Shown: positions 1 through 12,729 of the stretch, piece by piece
Position numbering within the stretch: position 1 is the first letter of the stretch
How the letters are laid out: every line of letters begins with the position of its first letter
From: Lama glama
Lineage: Eukaryota
NCBI GenBank assembly: GCA_028534125.1
Contig: CM052817.1
Location: 36,148,001 to 36,212,000 of the forward strand
Reading direction: 5' to 3'
DNA length: 64,000 nt
Program-made: the position numbers and the translations under genes
The notes under the pieces: model-generated
What the model saw: the letters and a program-made list of their open reading frames with translations, nothing else
What the model was told of the DNA's origin: nothing
The model's database searches: none

Positions 1-1344
1 AGGGTTATTTTGACCTGTACATTCCATTTTCCTCTTCTCCCCATCTCAGTGAAGTGGAGGAATTGCTGATCTATTTATTTCTTCATCCTCCCTCCCTAAG
101 CCCTTAGGCAAAGGATGGAAGAATCTAGAAAACATTTTGCAGGCATGGTACTTCCCTTACTGTACTCCTAGACCTTTATTACCCTTGTTAGTTTCATTCT
201 GAAAAAATGAGGGTAGGTTGCCAATTGTAACACATTCTTCACATGCTCCTGTTTCCAAAAGGTGTAGGGGTAACACAGCTCCCCTAGCAAAGGAACACCA
301 TGTCCTCGCACACTGGTGAAAGCAGACTGTGAATATTCAGTAGTCTCAAATGTGTGGGGGCCAACATGGAAACTGGAATTGTTATAAAAGCTTTAGAGAG
401 GAATATTGAACAATATTGAAAGTCACCCTTTGTCACTTGCATCTATTGAAAACTTAGCTCCTTGGAGAGTTCTTAAACATATGGATCAAACGTTGTTTAA
501 AAAGTGGGGTGGGGAAGAAAGTTGAAGTCACTGTTTTTTTTTTAACCCTGGAGATCAGCTAAACTTTCTCACAGCTCACAACTGCTTTTTACAAAGCTTT
601 CTATTGTATAACAGAACTATTTTTTCCTGTAATTCTCAAAACCTACATTGATTATGTCTTCCTTCTGTTTAGGAAAAAAATCAATCTTCTAACACTGTTC
701 TAACTGAAGTATCTTTAAATTTATATAATGCTATTATAGTCTGTTTTCTGTTCTCTCTTTCTGAATATTTCTTTGCCTTAATCTGAAGATTTTTATTTCT
801 TCTGAAGTAGTCATTTATGTATAATTATAAATGTATTTCCCTGACACTGTATTAAAATGACCTGAAGGTAGAGGGTTGGGCTTTCCCTAGGAATGTGTGT
901 TTCAGAGCTTCAGGAAAACCTAATGCTGTTGCACTAGATCTTACACTAAGGATTTCGATAATCTATTGAAGATTACCAGTGAGAATGAACAAAGATTCTT
1001 TGTCATAGATATCGCGCTCTTTATCAGAAAGAATACATTCAGGTAATAAGAGCAACTATGCTTTGGCTTAATGAAAGCCATTTTAGAGAGGCCTCTAACT
1101 CAAACTTCAGAGGTATAAAATATAAATATAATTGAACGTTACAGTTTTTTAAATTTCTCAGATCCATTCTAAAATTATCTGTGTAAATCATCTCAGTGTG
1201 TAAATTGGTGTGCAGTGTTGGCAGACACAAACATTTTCTTTACACTTTCTGGGATGTCATCTGAACTGTGGACAAATAGTCATAAGATATCTCCTTGGGG
1301 ATTTCACAGCCTTAGAAGAAATAATATCATCAACAATAACAGAT

Positions 1345-1545
1345 AATATTCACTAAATGTACCAGGAATTATTCTAGTGCTTTACATGTTTTATCTCATT
1401 GAATTCTCGTGACCAGCCTGTGTGAAATCTTGTTGCCGTCCTCATTTTCCAAATGAGCAAACTTGAAGGTCGAGTAGGTTCATCCAGTTGGTGAAGTGAT
1501 GGAGCTAGCATTCAAATCCGAACATTCTGACTTCAGAGCTGCCAT
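1345..1545 (-). mobile_element. MIR SINE
   Basis: ctcattttccaaatgagcaaac...ggagctagcattcaaatcc...ctgacttcagagc resembles MIR core and tRNA end. Confidence 0.7.
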
Positions 1546-2749
1546 TACAGCTGTCGTGCTGTGCTGTCTTGCTTTGTTTTTATTCTTCGGTGGGGCCCAG
1601 GGTTTTAACTTTAAGAATCACAGACAAGTTGGCCACACCACCATAAATGGAAAGTAACTTCCATTGTAGTGGTAAGCCATCTACCGAGGCAAAAATTAAT
1701 TATCTACTCTAATTATATGCTTATTTTGTGTAGATTTTTATATATGTCAATTTCATGGGATTATTGTGAACCTTAATCAGATTTACTTTCCAACGGGCTT
1801 TTCATAAAGGGAGATTATAAATATATAGGCGAACATGCATTGCTTCAGTTTGTGCTCTTTATTTCGGTAACACAGAATATGTGGATTGTGCTTGGTGGTC
1901 TTTTAATGCAGATGTGAATCTTTGAGTTCAACGAAATTGGAGTCCAGATCGCCAAGGCAGCTATGTGTTTGAGTCTACTGAATGTAAACGTGCTCGTTTG
2001 CATATTTGTAATCTTCTTGCATGGACATGGCTTGCTTACTCTGTGCTCACTCACCTGAGTTGTACAGTTGTGCTTAGGAACCGTTGCCCATTTTCACAGA
2101 GGCAGTCAAAAAACCTTACACGCCTGCCACCTGATAAGCATTAAGCCCTCTCAGTCAAGCTGAAATACATGCTGTTTAAAGTAAGTTTCCTGTTTATATT
2201 TTTTCCATCTTGGCTAATATAAAGATTAATATTAAATATCACAGAAAGAGAGGTTCTTAATAAGTTAACTCTATTTCTTTTTATGGATAGTTTACAGCTT
2301 AGATATAAGCTGCATATTACCCCAGATCATATTGGTAATATATACTGAAAAGATGTTAAATATGCAGTAAATGTTACAGTGACTTCTCATTGGATTCCAA
2401 GTCCAGTCTAGTTCTAATGCCACCCTGATATTCTGCAATCTGGGTTTTGCTGTGTTTAGCTACAAAACGTGGATCATACCTAAGAAGGACATTATAGAGC
2501 ACAACGACCATTTCTGTAATGCCCAGGTATTTTTGTTAATGGGATGATAAAGTTCAACATAAGGTTCTATGCAAAGAGCATATAATGAACTGTCATAATT
2601 TTACTGGTTTTAACAAAGATAGGGATCTGAGGACTAGAATTAATTAATATCTGCATATTATCTGATTTTTCTATTTTAAAGAAAGGAGGGTCTGTGTTAC
2701 ATATTTCTTACCATTCCGACTGGGCAACCAATGGTTTGTTTTGTTCCAG

Positions 2750-2826
2750 AATATGGAAAATCTCAGGACCTCACCATCTTATGAAAGGACTGGACCTGAC
2801 AGTGTTGAACTGATGTCCAATGAAAG
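2750..2826 (+). CDS. FAM13A: FAM13A coding exon (NMENLRTSPSYERTGPDSVELMSNE)
   Basis: ttgttccag| acceptor, AG|gtaatt donor, 77 nt; resembles human NMESLNSTRSHERTGPDDFEWMSDE. Confidence 0.9.
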
Positions 2827-3211
2827 GTAATTTTAGAGTTTTCTCCTAACATTGTTTACAAGAATGTGAATAGATTTTTTTTTCACTCCACACAATGTGT
2901 GTTATAAGAACTAAAAAGAATGGAATTAAAGGACTATATATTTACCAGCAGTATTTTATAGCAAGGAAAATGCTTAGAATGGAAACTCTTACCATGGTGC
3001 TATTAAAGGCAATTAACCACGTTCATGTTTTGTGTTTCTGGTTTTATTTTATTTTGATTAATTTTTCTTTTGTTTTTGAATTTCATAAGGTCTTTTTTGT
3101 GCTACTGAGCCTACTTTTAAAATAAATGAAATCATAATTTCAGTGGATGAAAAGCAATGTTATAAAACAGAATGACATCTTATGACATTTTGTTGTTGCT
3201 GTTGTTTGTAG

Positions 3212-3254
3212 CAAAGAAAATGAAGAGGATGGCAGACACGCCCAGCATTTTGAG
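3212..3254 (+). CDS. FAM13A: FAM13A coding exon (KENEEDGRHAQHFE)
   Basis: tttgtag| acceptor, GAG|gtgagt donor, 43 nt, phase 2 to 0. Confidence 0.9.
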
Positions 3255-4399
3255 GTGAGTCGCTAACAAGTAAGACTGTGATTGTGACAGGACTGTTCAC
3301 TGCTCTTGAGAGTACCTGTGAAGCATCATTAGCTGATCAGTGAGGGATCAATAAGCTTATTAGTAAGTGGCGGGACTGTGACTGGTAAGAAAGGCAGATA
3401 CCAAGACCTAAAGATTCCTTGAGAAATCGTAAGAACACCATTCTTTTGCTTGTGAAGTTCTTTTATTTTGCTTGTGAAGATAAAGCGTAATAGCATGGAG
3501 ACTTCTCCTTAGATTTTCCATAAAACAAGACAAAACAAGAAGCCAGAGCTACTGGTTTGATTTTCCGTGATTCTCTGCATTTATACACGATTGAAATAGA
3601 TAGTAGTGAGTCTTAGTGGATTTGTCACAGAGATTATCTCATTAATTTTCAAATTAACATAAAATCAGTTCAAGTTACGAAATCCAATTCATTTTCTGAG
3701 TTTTGTGTCTCGTTTTAAGTAAACAACAGACAAAAAAAATTCTAACTCCCTTATGTTACCTGTATCTTAAAGTTTTGGTGGCTCTCCTGGCTCCCTGGGC
3801 CTCTGAGGGCATCGCCACTCTGACCCAAGTGTTTGGTTTCCTTTGCTCCCAGCGCCAGTTTCCATCAGGGCGCTCAGCTTCATTTCACGCCCGTGTGTGT
3901 AACCCATCGCTTCCAGAAGCTCCCAGGCCCACTTTCAATCTCATTATCAGTTTTCTTTTTGGCAATAATTCAAGCTTTTCTCAACCTCTTGGATTTTGAC
4001 TCTTGATCTATTAATTATACATAGAACTGCCCCCTACCCAGTGATTCCTCATCTTGGTTGGGCACTAACCTAACTGACTGATGTGTTTATTCAATAATAT
4101 ATGTTGAGTCCTGCCTACTATGTACAGCTCCTGTGCTGGCAGCTGGGATTTCATAACAGCTGCAGGTCCTGCCTCCATGAAGTTTCCCAGTCTAGCAGAT
4201 TAAGAACCTGAAAGCGCTGGACCCCCTTCTTGGAAAAACACACACTTGTAAAATTTGGCATGACATTGCTGGAAATGAATGGCCACCTGACACTCGCTCC
4301 ACCCACCATGCTCTAGACTCCTCATATTTCCTGTGTGCAGTTGGTCGTGTGTATTCCTTCATTAACCCAGCCAGATGAGAGGAGGGACAGACTTCCTCT

Positions 4400-5000
4400 T
4401 TCGGACTTCACTGCTTCTAAGACACTCTTTCATCTCTGATTTCCAACACCTTTCGGCTCCCTTCCTGGGGACCCAGGCAACAAGTGGATGTTCTTGTCTT
4501 GTCTCTAGGCACCTTTTTTCAGAGCACAGTTTCCCCATGATGGTGTGGTGTGACTTTCCTGCTGTTTCATCCTTTCTCTGCTCTCTCCCTCCGCACACAG
4601 TGAGCACCTGCTCATCAACCATACCGTTGAACATTGTTGTAAAGAAAATGGCTTTGCCAGCCTCCCAGAGAGCTCTTCTCACTCCTTGCCTTTTATGTCT
4701 CTTTATCCTTTCTGAGATAAAAGTGTATAGAGCAACCTTTGCAGGTGAACTTCGCAACATGAACTCGTAAATTCCTAGTGGCACCCAAACCGAATCTGTG
4801 CTGAACTCGGTGTGTCTTGGTGTTTTTGTGGACAGCTCCCAGGGCTGTGGATGCATCACGGGGAAAGAATCTCAAATCTTTCTTCCACGGGCCAGGACCT
4901 GTTCTTACATGTGTCGCCCACACGCGTTTACCAATCAGCACCCAGCCCACTGCTGGTGCTCCTAAAGCCCGCGCTATTAATACTCATTGTCATCGTGATC
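4400..5000 (+). mobile_element. Decayed L2 LINE fragment
   Basis: Pyrimidine-rich sequence with L2-like motifs (tggatgcatcac...tctcaaatct); boundaries uncertain. Confidence 0.4.
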
Positions 5001-5252
5001 GCTTCAGCTAGAAGATAAAATTAGGCAGTGAGTTAAAACCTGGACTAAGCTCCCCGTGTCATCGTTCTTTCACAACTGCTCCAAAGGAGGGGAAAAAGCC
5101 ATCACTCTGCAAGGTGAGGATTGTTTCTGCTCATGAAGGCATGTGTTTCTTTCACTGAAAGAAATATATTTTACTATTAATGGACTGTGAAAAGATCTGT
5201 TTTCCATTTTTAAAGCTCTTTCCCTTGTTTCCAGTGTATTATAATTTCCTAC

Positions 5253-5331
5253 ATATATATATCCTATATATACACTGTATTATATAATATATAAATATAT
5301 ATTTTTATATATATTTTATATATATATATTA
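5253..5331. repeat. AT-rich (TA)n low-complexity tract
   Basis: Imperfect TA dinucleotide run. Confidence 0.85.
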
Positions 5332-6308
5332 CACTTTCTAGAACTTAAACAACCCAAGTACTTAATCTGGTTTTCTGATAATACCACAGTAATTCCTGAA
5401 TTTCAGAGATGGAAAGTAAGTCTAGACTTTGGTTACCCCTCCTAGAATTCTGGTATTCTAGGTATTTAACTGGTATTTTATTTCAAGTCTCCTACAGCAT
5501 CAGATTGAGATGCTAAAATTTATATGCCCACCGTGAATGGATATGATAATGTTTCTAACTTTATTTTCCATTAAGGCAGATTTTGTCCTCATTAATATTG
5601 CCCTTTAAATTTTTCCTTGTAAACTCCCAGATTCATATAACACAGCAAATGACAGCCATTGGAGAAAGGTGGTTTGTCTTTCTTGTTTGACTAGTATTTT
5701 CATTAGAATAAGGAGCATTAACTTTCAGCCTCAGAAATGCTCCCCAGAGGGATCCACAGGCAGAGGGAGGCTGGTCTTAGAGTCTGCGGCTCAAAGGCAA
5801 ATACAAACACAACTGGGGCTTTACTTTTTACATAATCATTTTGCAGCCTCGAGTGTGTTTTTGTTTGAATGCATATGTTGAAAAGTAAGCAGGGCCTACC
5901 CTTTGTTGCATGTCTTTTTAATTTCTTTTAATTACGCAATTAATTTGATCCAAAAAGAGTCTGCTGAGATCTCTGACAGTCACTGAGAGTTTTTCATTTC
6001 TGTTTCATCTGAGTCTTACATGGTTTGTAGTAAAATTTGTTTAGTGACACGTTGGCAATGGGGAAAAAAAGTTAGCGTCACTTCAAAATGCCAAAACTTT
6101 TGAGTATGATTTCTTTCGGTAAGTTTTGGCAAGGCTGACATTTTACTAAAATATCCTCTTTGGGCTGGGTGACATATGACATACACAAGAGCCTTGCACC
6201 CTATTCCCTGAGCATGTGGAGTTCCGAGTCTGTTCTCTTGTTCTCAAACTCACTTGACAACTGGAAGTATCCAGGACAGAGGTCATCTTTAAAACTAGCA
6301 ATATCTAG

Positions 6309-6468
6309 GGTGAGGGTGGTAGATTTCTAGGGCTCAGGGGTAGAGCATGTGCTCAGCATACACAAGGTCCTGGGTTCAATCCCCAGTGCCTCCTCTAAAA
6401 TAAATAAATAAGTAAACTTAACTACCTCCCCCCACAAAAAAACCATGTTCTTACTTAAAAAAAAAAAA
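6309..6468 (+). mobile_element. tRNA-derived camelid-type SINE (Vic-1-like)
   Basis: gctcaggggtagagc A box, ggttcaatccc B box, A-rich tail; degenerate TSD aaaactagcaatatctag / aaaacctggcaatttctag. Confidence 0.85.
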
Positions 6469-7753
6469 AAACCTGGCAATTTCTAGATTCTGAAAGAAAA
6501 CACTGGAAATACAGATTTTCAAAGTTCTGTTTACAATGTAGTTTATACTTTACATTTCAGTTTGATTCCTTCTGATAAGTTACTTTCTATTGTGGAAATA
6601 TTTAATACTTCCATATAAGATCGAGAATATTACAGTTATAACTTTATACTTAATCTTGTTGTCAAAAAAGCAAAATAGGTAAAAATTATTACCTACATGG
6701 AAGGGTATTACATTATCTGAGAGAGGTCATCATGGTCAGAAGTATAAGGTTAATGAAGTGTTAAAATTCTTTGAAGATGTTTTTCTGTTCTTTCTGCTTT
6801 CTAAGCCTACTGCTTAGAAGAGCTTAGAAGCATACCTTTGATAACAAACAAGACATTCATAATAAACAAAAGGCTATTTCCCTTTTTCTTATCCTGCTTC
6901 AAAAAACGAGAGAAGCAGGGGGAAGAGAAGATAAGACGTTCTAATCAAGCGTGAGAATTAATATTAATTATCACAAGAGCTTAAGTGCAGGCTTTCATTT
7001 GCCTTGAGGAGGCTGGAGATAAACTCTGAACCATCCCCATCAACAAGCATTTATGAAATGGATGACTCTGTTACTTCAACTTCACTGCATTTCACAGAAG
7101 CTTTAGGGTTTTGTTGCTGGTTTAATATTAGAACCAGAAATGTTTAAAAAGCTCTTTGTTTAGATTCACTTCCAGTTCCATCCAGTCTTGAAAGGCTATG
7201 GAAGCTTTGCAATTCACATGAGTTTGGGGGCTTTGTTTTGTTCATTTTCCTTTATTGTCAGGCCAAACAGTAAATGTTTATACTTCCATGCGGCTCTTCT
7301 GTTAACTCTGTGAGGCCCCTTCCTGTGCACCCGGTGCTCCACAGGGCTCTCTGAGATATGGCTGTCCTGCTCCAGGGAGCTAGTGGTGCAGCTGCTTAGC
7401 CATATCCTGTGCAGAAAGGGGGAAGGGATGGAGCAGAAATGCACCAGTGATTTGAAGCCAGAGAAGGGGCAGGTCAATAAAGTCAGGATGGGAAAAACCA
7501 GGCCCAGCCAGACAGGGTCCAGTGGTAACAAGGATCAGGTGGACGGACTGGTAGTTAATGGCTCCTGGACCTGAACATGGACTGTTACCTGCAGCCCCAG
7601 GCAAGGTGAGCTCTCTTATTTGCTCCCTAGCACCCTGTGTTTTCTTTTTGTAACAGGCATATGACTTGGCCCTTCCACATTAAATCCCCTGTTTTGTTAA
7701 TTCCTGAAATTCCAGTACCTAGGACATAGTATGTGTTCTATAAACACTTGCCA

Positions 7754-7920
7754 GAGAGGGTATAGCTCAAGTGGTGGAGTGCATGCTTACCATGCACAAG
7801 GTCCTGAATTCAATCCCCAGCACCCTCCTCTAAATATAACTAAATAAATAAACCTAATTACCTCCCCCCTCCAAATAAAATTAAAATAAATAAAATTTTT
7901 AAAAATAATAAAATAAAAAA
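7754..7920 (+). mobile_element. tRNA-derived camelid-type SINE (Vic-1-like)
   Basis: gagagggtatagctcaagtggtggag head, A-rich tail, perfect 14-bp TSD ATAAACACTTGCCA (7740-7753, 7921-7934). Confidence 0.92.
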
Positions 7921-8989
7921 ATAAACACTTGCCAAATGAGTGAATGGAAAAGGAAGGTAGTATATAAGTGGAATTAGTATTTCTTATACTGTTATTACTG
8001 GCCAGTTGTTTTTATGCCACATAGTTTTCACTTGATCTTCACAACTTTATGGATGAACAAAAAAGAAGCTCAAATACCAAGAAGTTTATTCATTTAAGAT
8101 CTTGCAGATGGCCCCCTGGTATTTAAACTCAGTCTTTGACTCTAAAACCACATCTGCCATACCACATTGTCTCTCCTGAGAGCCAGACACTCAGTTTATT
8201 TCATGACCTGAACATTTAGTGTGTTTTCGTATGGTACAACATTTTTGGTGAGGATTTGGTGTGTGACGTCACAGCATAAGGATCTCTGAATTGAAAATTG
8301 TGACGTTAATGTATTTACTCTCTGATTTAACTGCAGATATAATTTGCATAAACAACAAAAGTTGAAACCAAAAATATTTTGGTATGTAAGAATGTCCTTG
8401 ACATTTTAACATTAGTGACCTAGTAGGAGAAACAGACAAGTAGACAGGTACGGGACTGTGTGATCAGCACTGTTAGAGGGCGTGGAACAACCCAGAAAGG
8501 TGTCTCACCCAGACAAGGCTGATGAATGTTTGGAGGAGGAGTGGTTTGTTGTTTCAGAGCCTGAACAGCCACTGAACAGCATCCTTAGCTCCATATGCAC
8601 GTAGACCCTGGGCCCACACCAGCAGCCCACTCTGCAACCACAGGCAGGGCAACCGTGTCAGGTTCAGAGATCAGCGGGCCCAGAAATTGGGAATCAGGCC
8701 TCCAGATGCAGCAGGCCAGTAGAAGAGCAGCTTCGGGGACTGATCAGAGCACAGCAGAGTAGGGCCGAACATGTGGATGCTCTGGTGAGTAAACCAAGCC
8801 ACGTGTGTCCATGGCTGTGCAGGCTGGTGTGGGTTGAAGTAGGATGCATCTCTCCACTGCTGTGCAGGAGATCAGCCAGGAAGTCCAGAAGCTCATGTAA
8901 GTTAACATAAGTCTACAGTGTGGATGATGCCCGGTTATACATGGCACAGTGCTCATTCTAAACACCCGTATATGGCAGCCTTGACTGGC

Positions 8990-9375
8990 CTCTGCTCGAC
9001 TCCAGATGCAGTGACCTCTTTGCCTCTTCCTCAGATAGATATATACAAGATTACCATGCCTCAGGGCCTTTGCACTTGCTCTTCTTCCTGGAATCCTCTT
9101 CCCACAGAAGGCTCACTTCCCCATCTCCTTCATATCTCTGCTCATGTCACCTTATTGGAAAGGACCTCCCTGGCCACCCAGTATAAAATAGCAGTCCTCA
9201 GCCCCTACCTCCATCATTCTCCTTACCCTGTGTTATTTTTCTCTGTAGTCCATATCACTACCTGACTTTGTTTCTTCTTTATTAACTGCCCCTCATGGAA
9301 GATTCATTAGGGCAGATACTTTATTTTGTCTGCTGAAATTTTTCCAGTACCTTTAGCACTTGACATAGAATAGAC
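8990..9375 (+). mobile_element. L2 LINE 3' end
   Basis: cctcagggcctttgcacttgct...cctggaat...tccctggccaccc is typical L2a 3' sequence. Confidence 0.8.
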
Positions 9376-10579
9376 AGTCCTATTACATGTATATAATATG
9401 TGACATATATCATTATTGAATAATCTAGTAAAATGTTGACCTGATTCTCTGTGTTAGAAGAATAGAATCTTATCACTGTTATCTATGCCCGCATCCCACC
9501 CAGGGCGGCACTCTCCCTCTCCTGCATCCCTACCTCCCAGACTTGTTTGAACGTAGAGATTCACCACGTGGTCCAGTGTTGCAGCAGAATTCTCGGCCCT
9601 CAGAGCTCCACTGAGCAGGGCTGAGCTTGTTCCACTCGATCTCAGCCCCGTTAGTGCAGGGAGCTTGCCCGTCTCTCAGAGCCCAGCACAGAGTGGGTGC
9701 ACCAAACCGTGTTGTTGAAGAAATGAATAAATCCATACATTTTGGAGAAAAAAAATAAAGGAAAAATTTTCTGATTTTAATTTTCTGACTTTGAAATTGG
9801 TGCTAATTCAGATGAATCATAAGAAGAAAACCTTTTTCAGTTTTTTTTTTTTTCAAGAGGTACACATTTTGAATTAGTCCGTGTGTATGTGGAATTTGGG
9901 GATTTTTACATGTGTCATGTGCAGGACTCTTGAGCGCCCTAAGGAGGGGACAAAGGTACCACAGGGAGCAAAGCCCGTGACTGGCGTAGGGAGAGGATGC
10001 AGGCTGCCTGTGAGTCTTCCCAGCGCGTGCATTCCCACGTGTAAGACATCAGCCTGGAAAACAACATTTCTGCATTATTCGTCTGGTTTTTAAATCCTTC
10101 TGTAGCTTTCCATTATCTCCCACAGGATAAAATCCAAACCTAGACCAGCATATGAGGCCTAGGTCAGCCCAGTGTCTGCTTATTTGACACTCGCATCATC
10201 TGAGCTCATGGTACCTGGAGCCTCTTCTGCTGTGATCAGCATCCCCCAACGGCCTCTGCTCTTGCTCCTCTTCCTCTCCTCCTTTCTGTCTGAAGTGCCC
10301 TCCCCGCCACCCCTCTGACCCGCACAGCCCCCAAGTCACATGTGCTGTTGTTGGTCCATAACAGAAACATCAGTGGCTCTTTAATATTTTTTTCCTAATG
10401 CGCCTCAGACTCTGGCCCACCCTCTGTTGTAGCACGTTCCACCTGAAATTGCAGTTGTCCATGCCTCGTCCCCAACTCCCCTCTCAAGCATTTTGAGGTG
10501 TGGCATCATTTTACTCATCTTCATAGGAGCCTAATAATACTAAGAAGGGTAGATTCCATCCATGTGTCTCATCTGCACC

Positions 10580-10790
10580 AGGGACCATGCTAGAGGCATA
10601 CCTTTCATACCTTCTCTCCGATCTTCAAAGGAACCTTGCAAGATTGGTGTTATAATGACATTTTATAGACTAGGAAATGGAGGCTGAGAGAAGTGAAAGA
10701 GCTCGGCTAGGGCACCACGCTAGTAAATGCCAGTCACACTTCACACCCAGGTCTGCCTGTAAGGAAAATTCACATCTGTTCCACTGCAGT
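10580..10790 (-). mobile_element. MIR SINE
   Basis: attttatagactaggaaatggaggctgagagaagtgaa MIR core. Confidence 0.75.
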
Positions 10791-12581
10791 ACGGTGTCAA
10801 TGGCTTGATAGAGGCTCCTCATGAAGAAAATGCTGTATTTACAAGATAGAATCTTCTTCCCTGTTTTAGGTCTCTACATGTAGCAAGTATTAGAAATCTG
10901 TATTGAGAAAACATTGATTTCCTACGTGAGGTTCTAACACACGCACACAAATGATTGGTGACTAATTGGCCCTGTAACTTTTAAAAAGCTGAGCACTAGA
11001 TTTGGTCATTCAACCCTGGTCCACTTAGGATCCAGCTCAAGGAACAAATGATTTTTGTGGTATAAATGCATAATCTGTTTCTTCCCCACAACAGACAAGC
11101 AGGATTTTTAAGATGGCTTAAAGCCCCAGATTTACTTGGCATTTCCACCTGACTTTAGTAGCTCATCGTGAACTGATTGATGATACTTCATTTTATCCCA
11201 AATGTGAAGAAAATACGAGTCCTCATGCTTTGTTTCATGGAGATGTAGTAGTAAAAGTCCCGTCTATTTCCCCAGTGATACCAAAGTGGGCTGAATAGCT
11301 ATTAAAAGTAGCTGGAAGTCTTAGTAGTGCTTTATTTTAAGCGTAAGAACATTTCTCATACATTAATGGAGTCACTTATGATTTCCAGATGTTTGTTTTT
11401 TTCATTTAATGATAGTATATTTACTAAAATAAATTTCTAGTCATTCTCAAAGGAAATCTTTTGTACAGATCTGTGCCCCTTGAGAAATGTTATTTGTGAC
11501 TCAACACTGTTGTTTATAGTTTTGAGAGAGGAGTGTGACAGTGGTTGGGTTTACCAGATGCCAAAAGAGCAAGGTTAAAAAAGATTTAATTTCAATGCAG
11601 TTTATTTTGTTAACATAAAATCACTTAGTTAAAATAGCAGCCTTTGGGGGAGGGTTTTCCCATCCCCTAGACATTCTAGCCTCATGTGGATACCACCGGT
11701 AAGCAAAATCAAGTGTAGCTGAGTATTTAGTATTCAGAGTGGATGAGTAGTAGGGAAACAAGTGACAGTTGCATGTTTGTAAGATCATAAATTATGCATC
11801 ACTGACTTGCCAGCTCTTGGCTTTTTACTTAAAAAAAAAAAAAAAAGTCACGCTCCCTGTGTAATTTTGGCTCATTTCCAGAATCCGTATTCCTCACTGC
11901 TAGCTGCTAGCTGAGACACCAAACCCCTGTGCTGTTTGAATTTGCGCAACAATGCTTTAATGCCCAGAGCTCCTCCATAAATAGTCTGTTCTCCCCACAC
12001 TCGGGGCGAAAACAACCACAGGAAATCTGGGAATGTGCAGCTAGCCCCGCTTAATTGATCTAAGCCTGCAGAACCAGCAGGAGAGCACGCGTGTACACAG
12101 CTTCTGCTCCAGGCCCTGCAGGGCTGTTTACCTAAGGGGCACGGAAGTCTGCGTGCAGAAGACACCATGTTGCTTCCACAGCCCTAGCAACAGCAGTAGC
12201 TGGGGTTTTTTGGTTGTTGTTTACAGTCTGGAGAGCCATACTCCTTTAGAGAAACACAAACTCCTTTTCCCTCCTTCCTGGCCCCAGTCAGTACTCATCC
12301 AGACTGTCAGCTGCCTGCAGTTATCAGGAAGAACAGCCCTCGGAAATCATCTTGTCTCTGTCACAGAAGAAAAGTTGAAGGAGCACAGATGGGCGGTCGC
12401 TTTCTGCATGCCAGTGGCCAGCTAGCATCCAGGGGACACCCAGCAATGATTCTGGTTTCCGTGCTGGGGACAGCAGCAGCTGTGGCTGCGGAGGTTTCAC
12501 CCAGCAGGAGAGGAACTGCTGCAGACGTTCCTGGATTTTGGTGAGCGATAGAGATTTGGGAACGTTGTGCTTTTGTTGCAG

Positions 12582-12729
12582 AGCCCGACCATGAAGATCC
12601 AAGAGCATCCCAGCCTACCTGACACCAAGCTGCAGAGGAGTCCCGATGCTGATGGCCAGCAGGAGAGCTTTGTCGCCGAAGTGCCTGAGCTGGACCTGAC
12701 TGCATTGTGTGATGAGAAGAGCTGGGAAG
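12582..12729 (+). CDS. FAM13A: FAM13A coding exon (SPTMKIQEHPSL...LTALCDEKSWE)
   Basis: ttttgttgcag| acceptor, AAG|gtaggg donor, 148 nt. Confidence 0.95.

Noticed and set aside
1900..2186. Possible extra FAM13A exon (acceptor near 1911 or 2077, AAA|gtaagt donor at 2180)
   Set aside because: No frame resembles FAM13A, and splice-like motifs alone are insufficient
4362..4859. Longest ORF in the track (165 aa, - strand) and overlapping 131-aa + ORF
   Set aside because: Intronic, overlapping L2-like sequence, no recognisable domain or splice support
7754..7830. tRNA gene-like sequences (also 6330, 46480, 63406)
   Set aside because: A-rich tails and TSDs identify them as tRNA-derived SINEs, not tRNA genes
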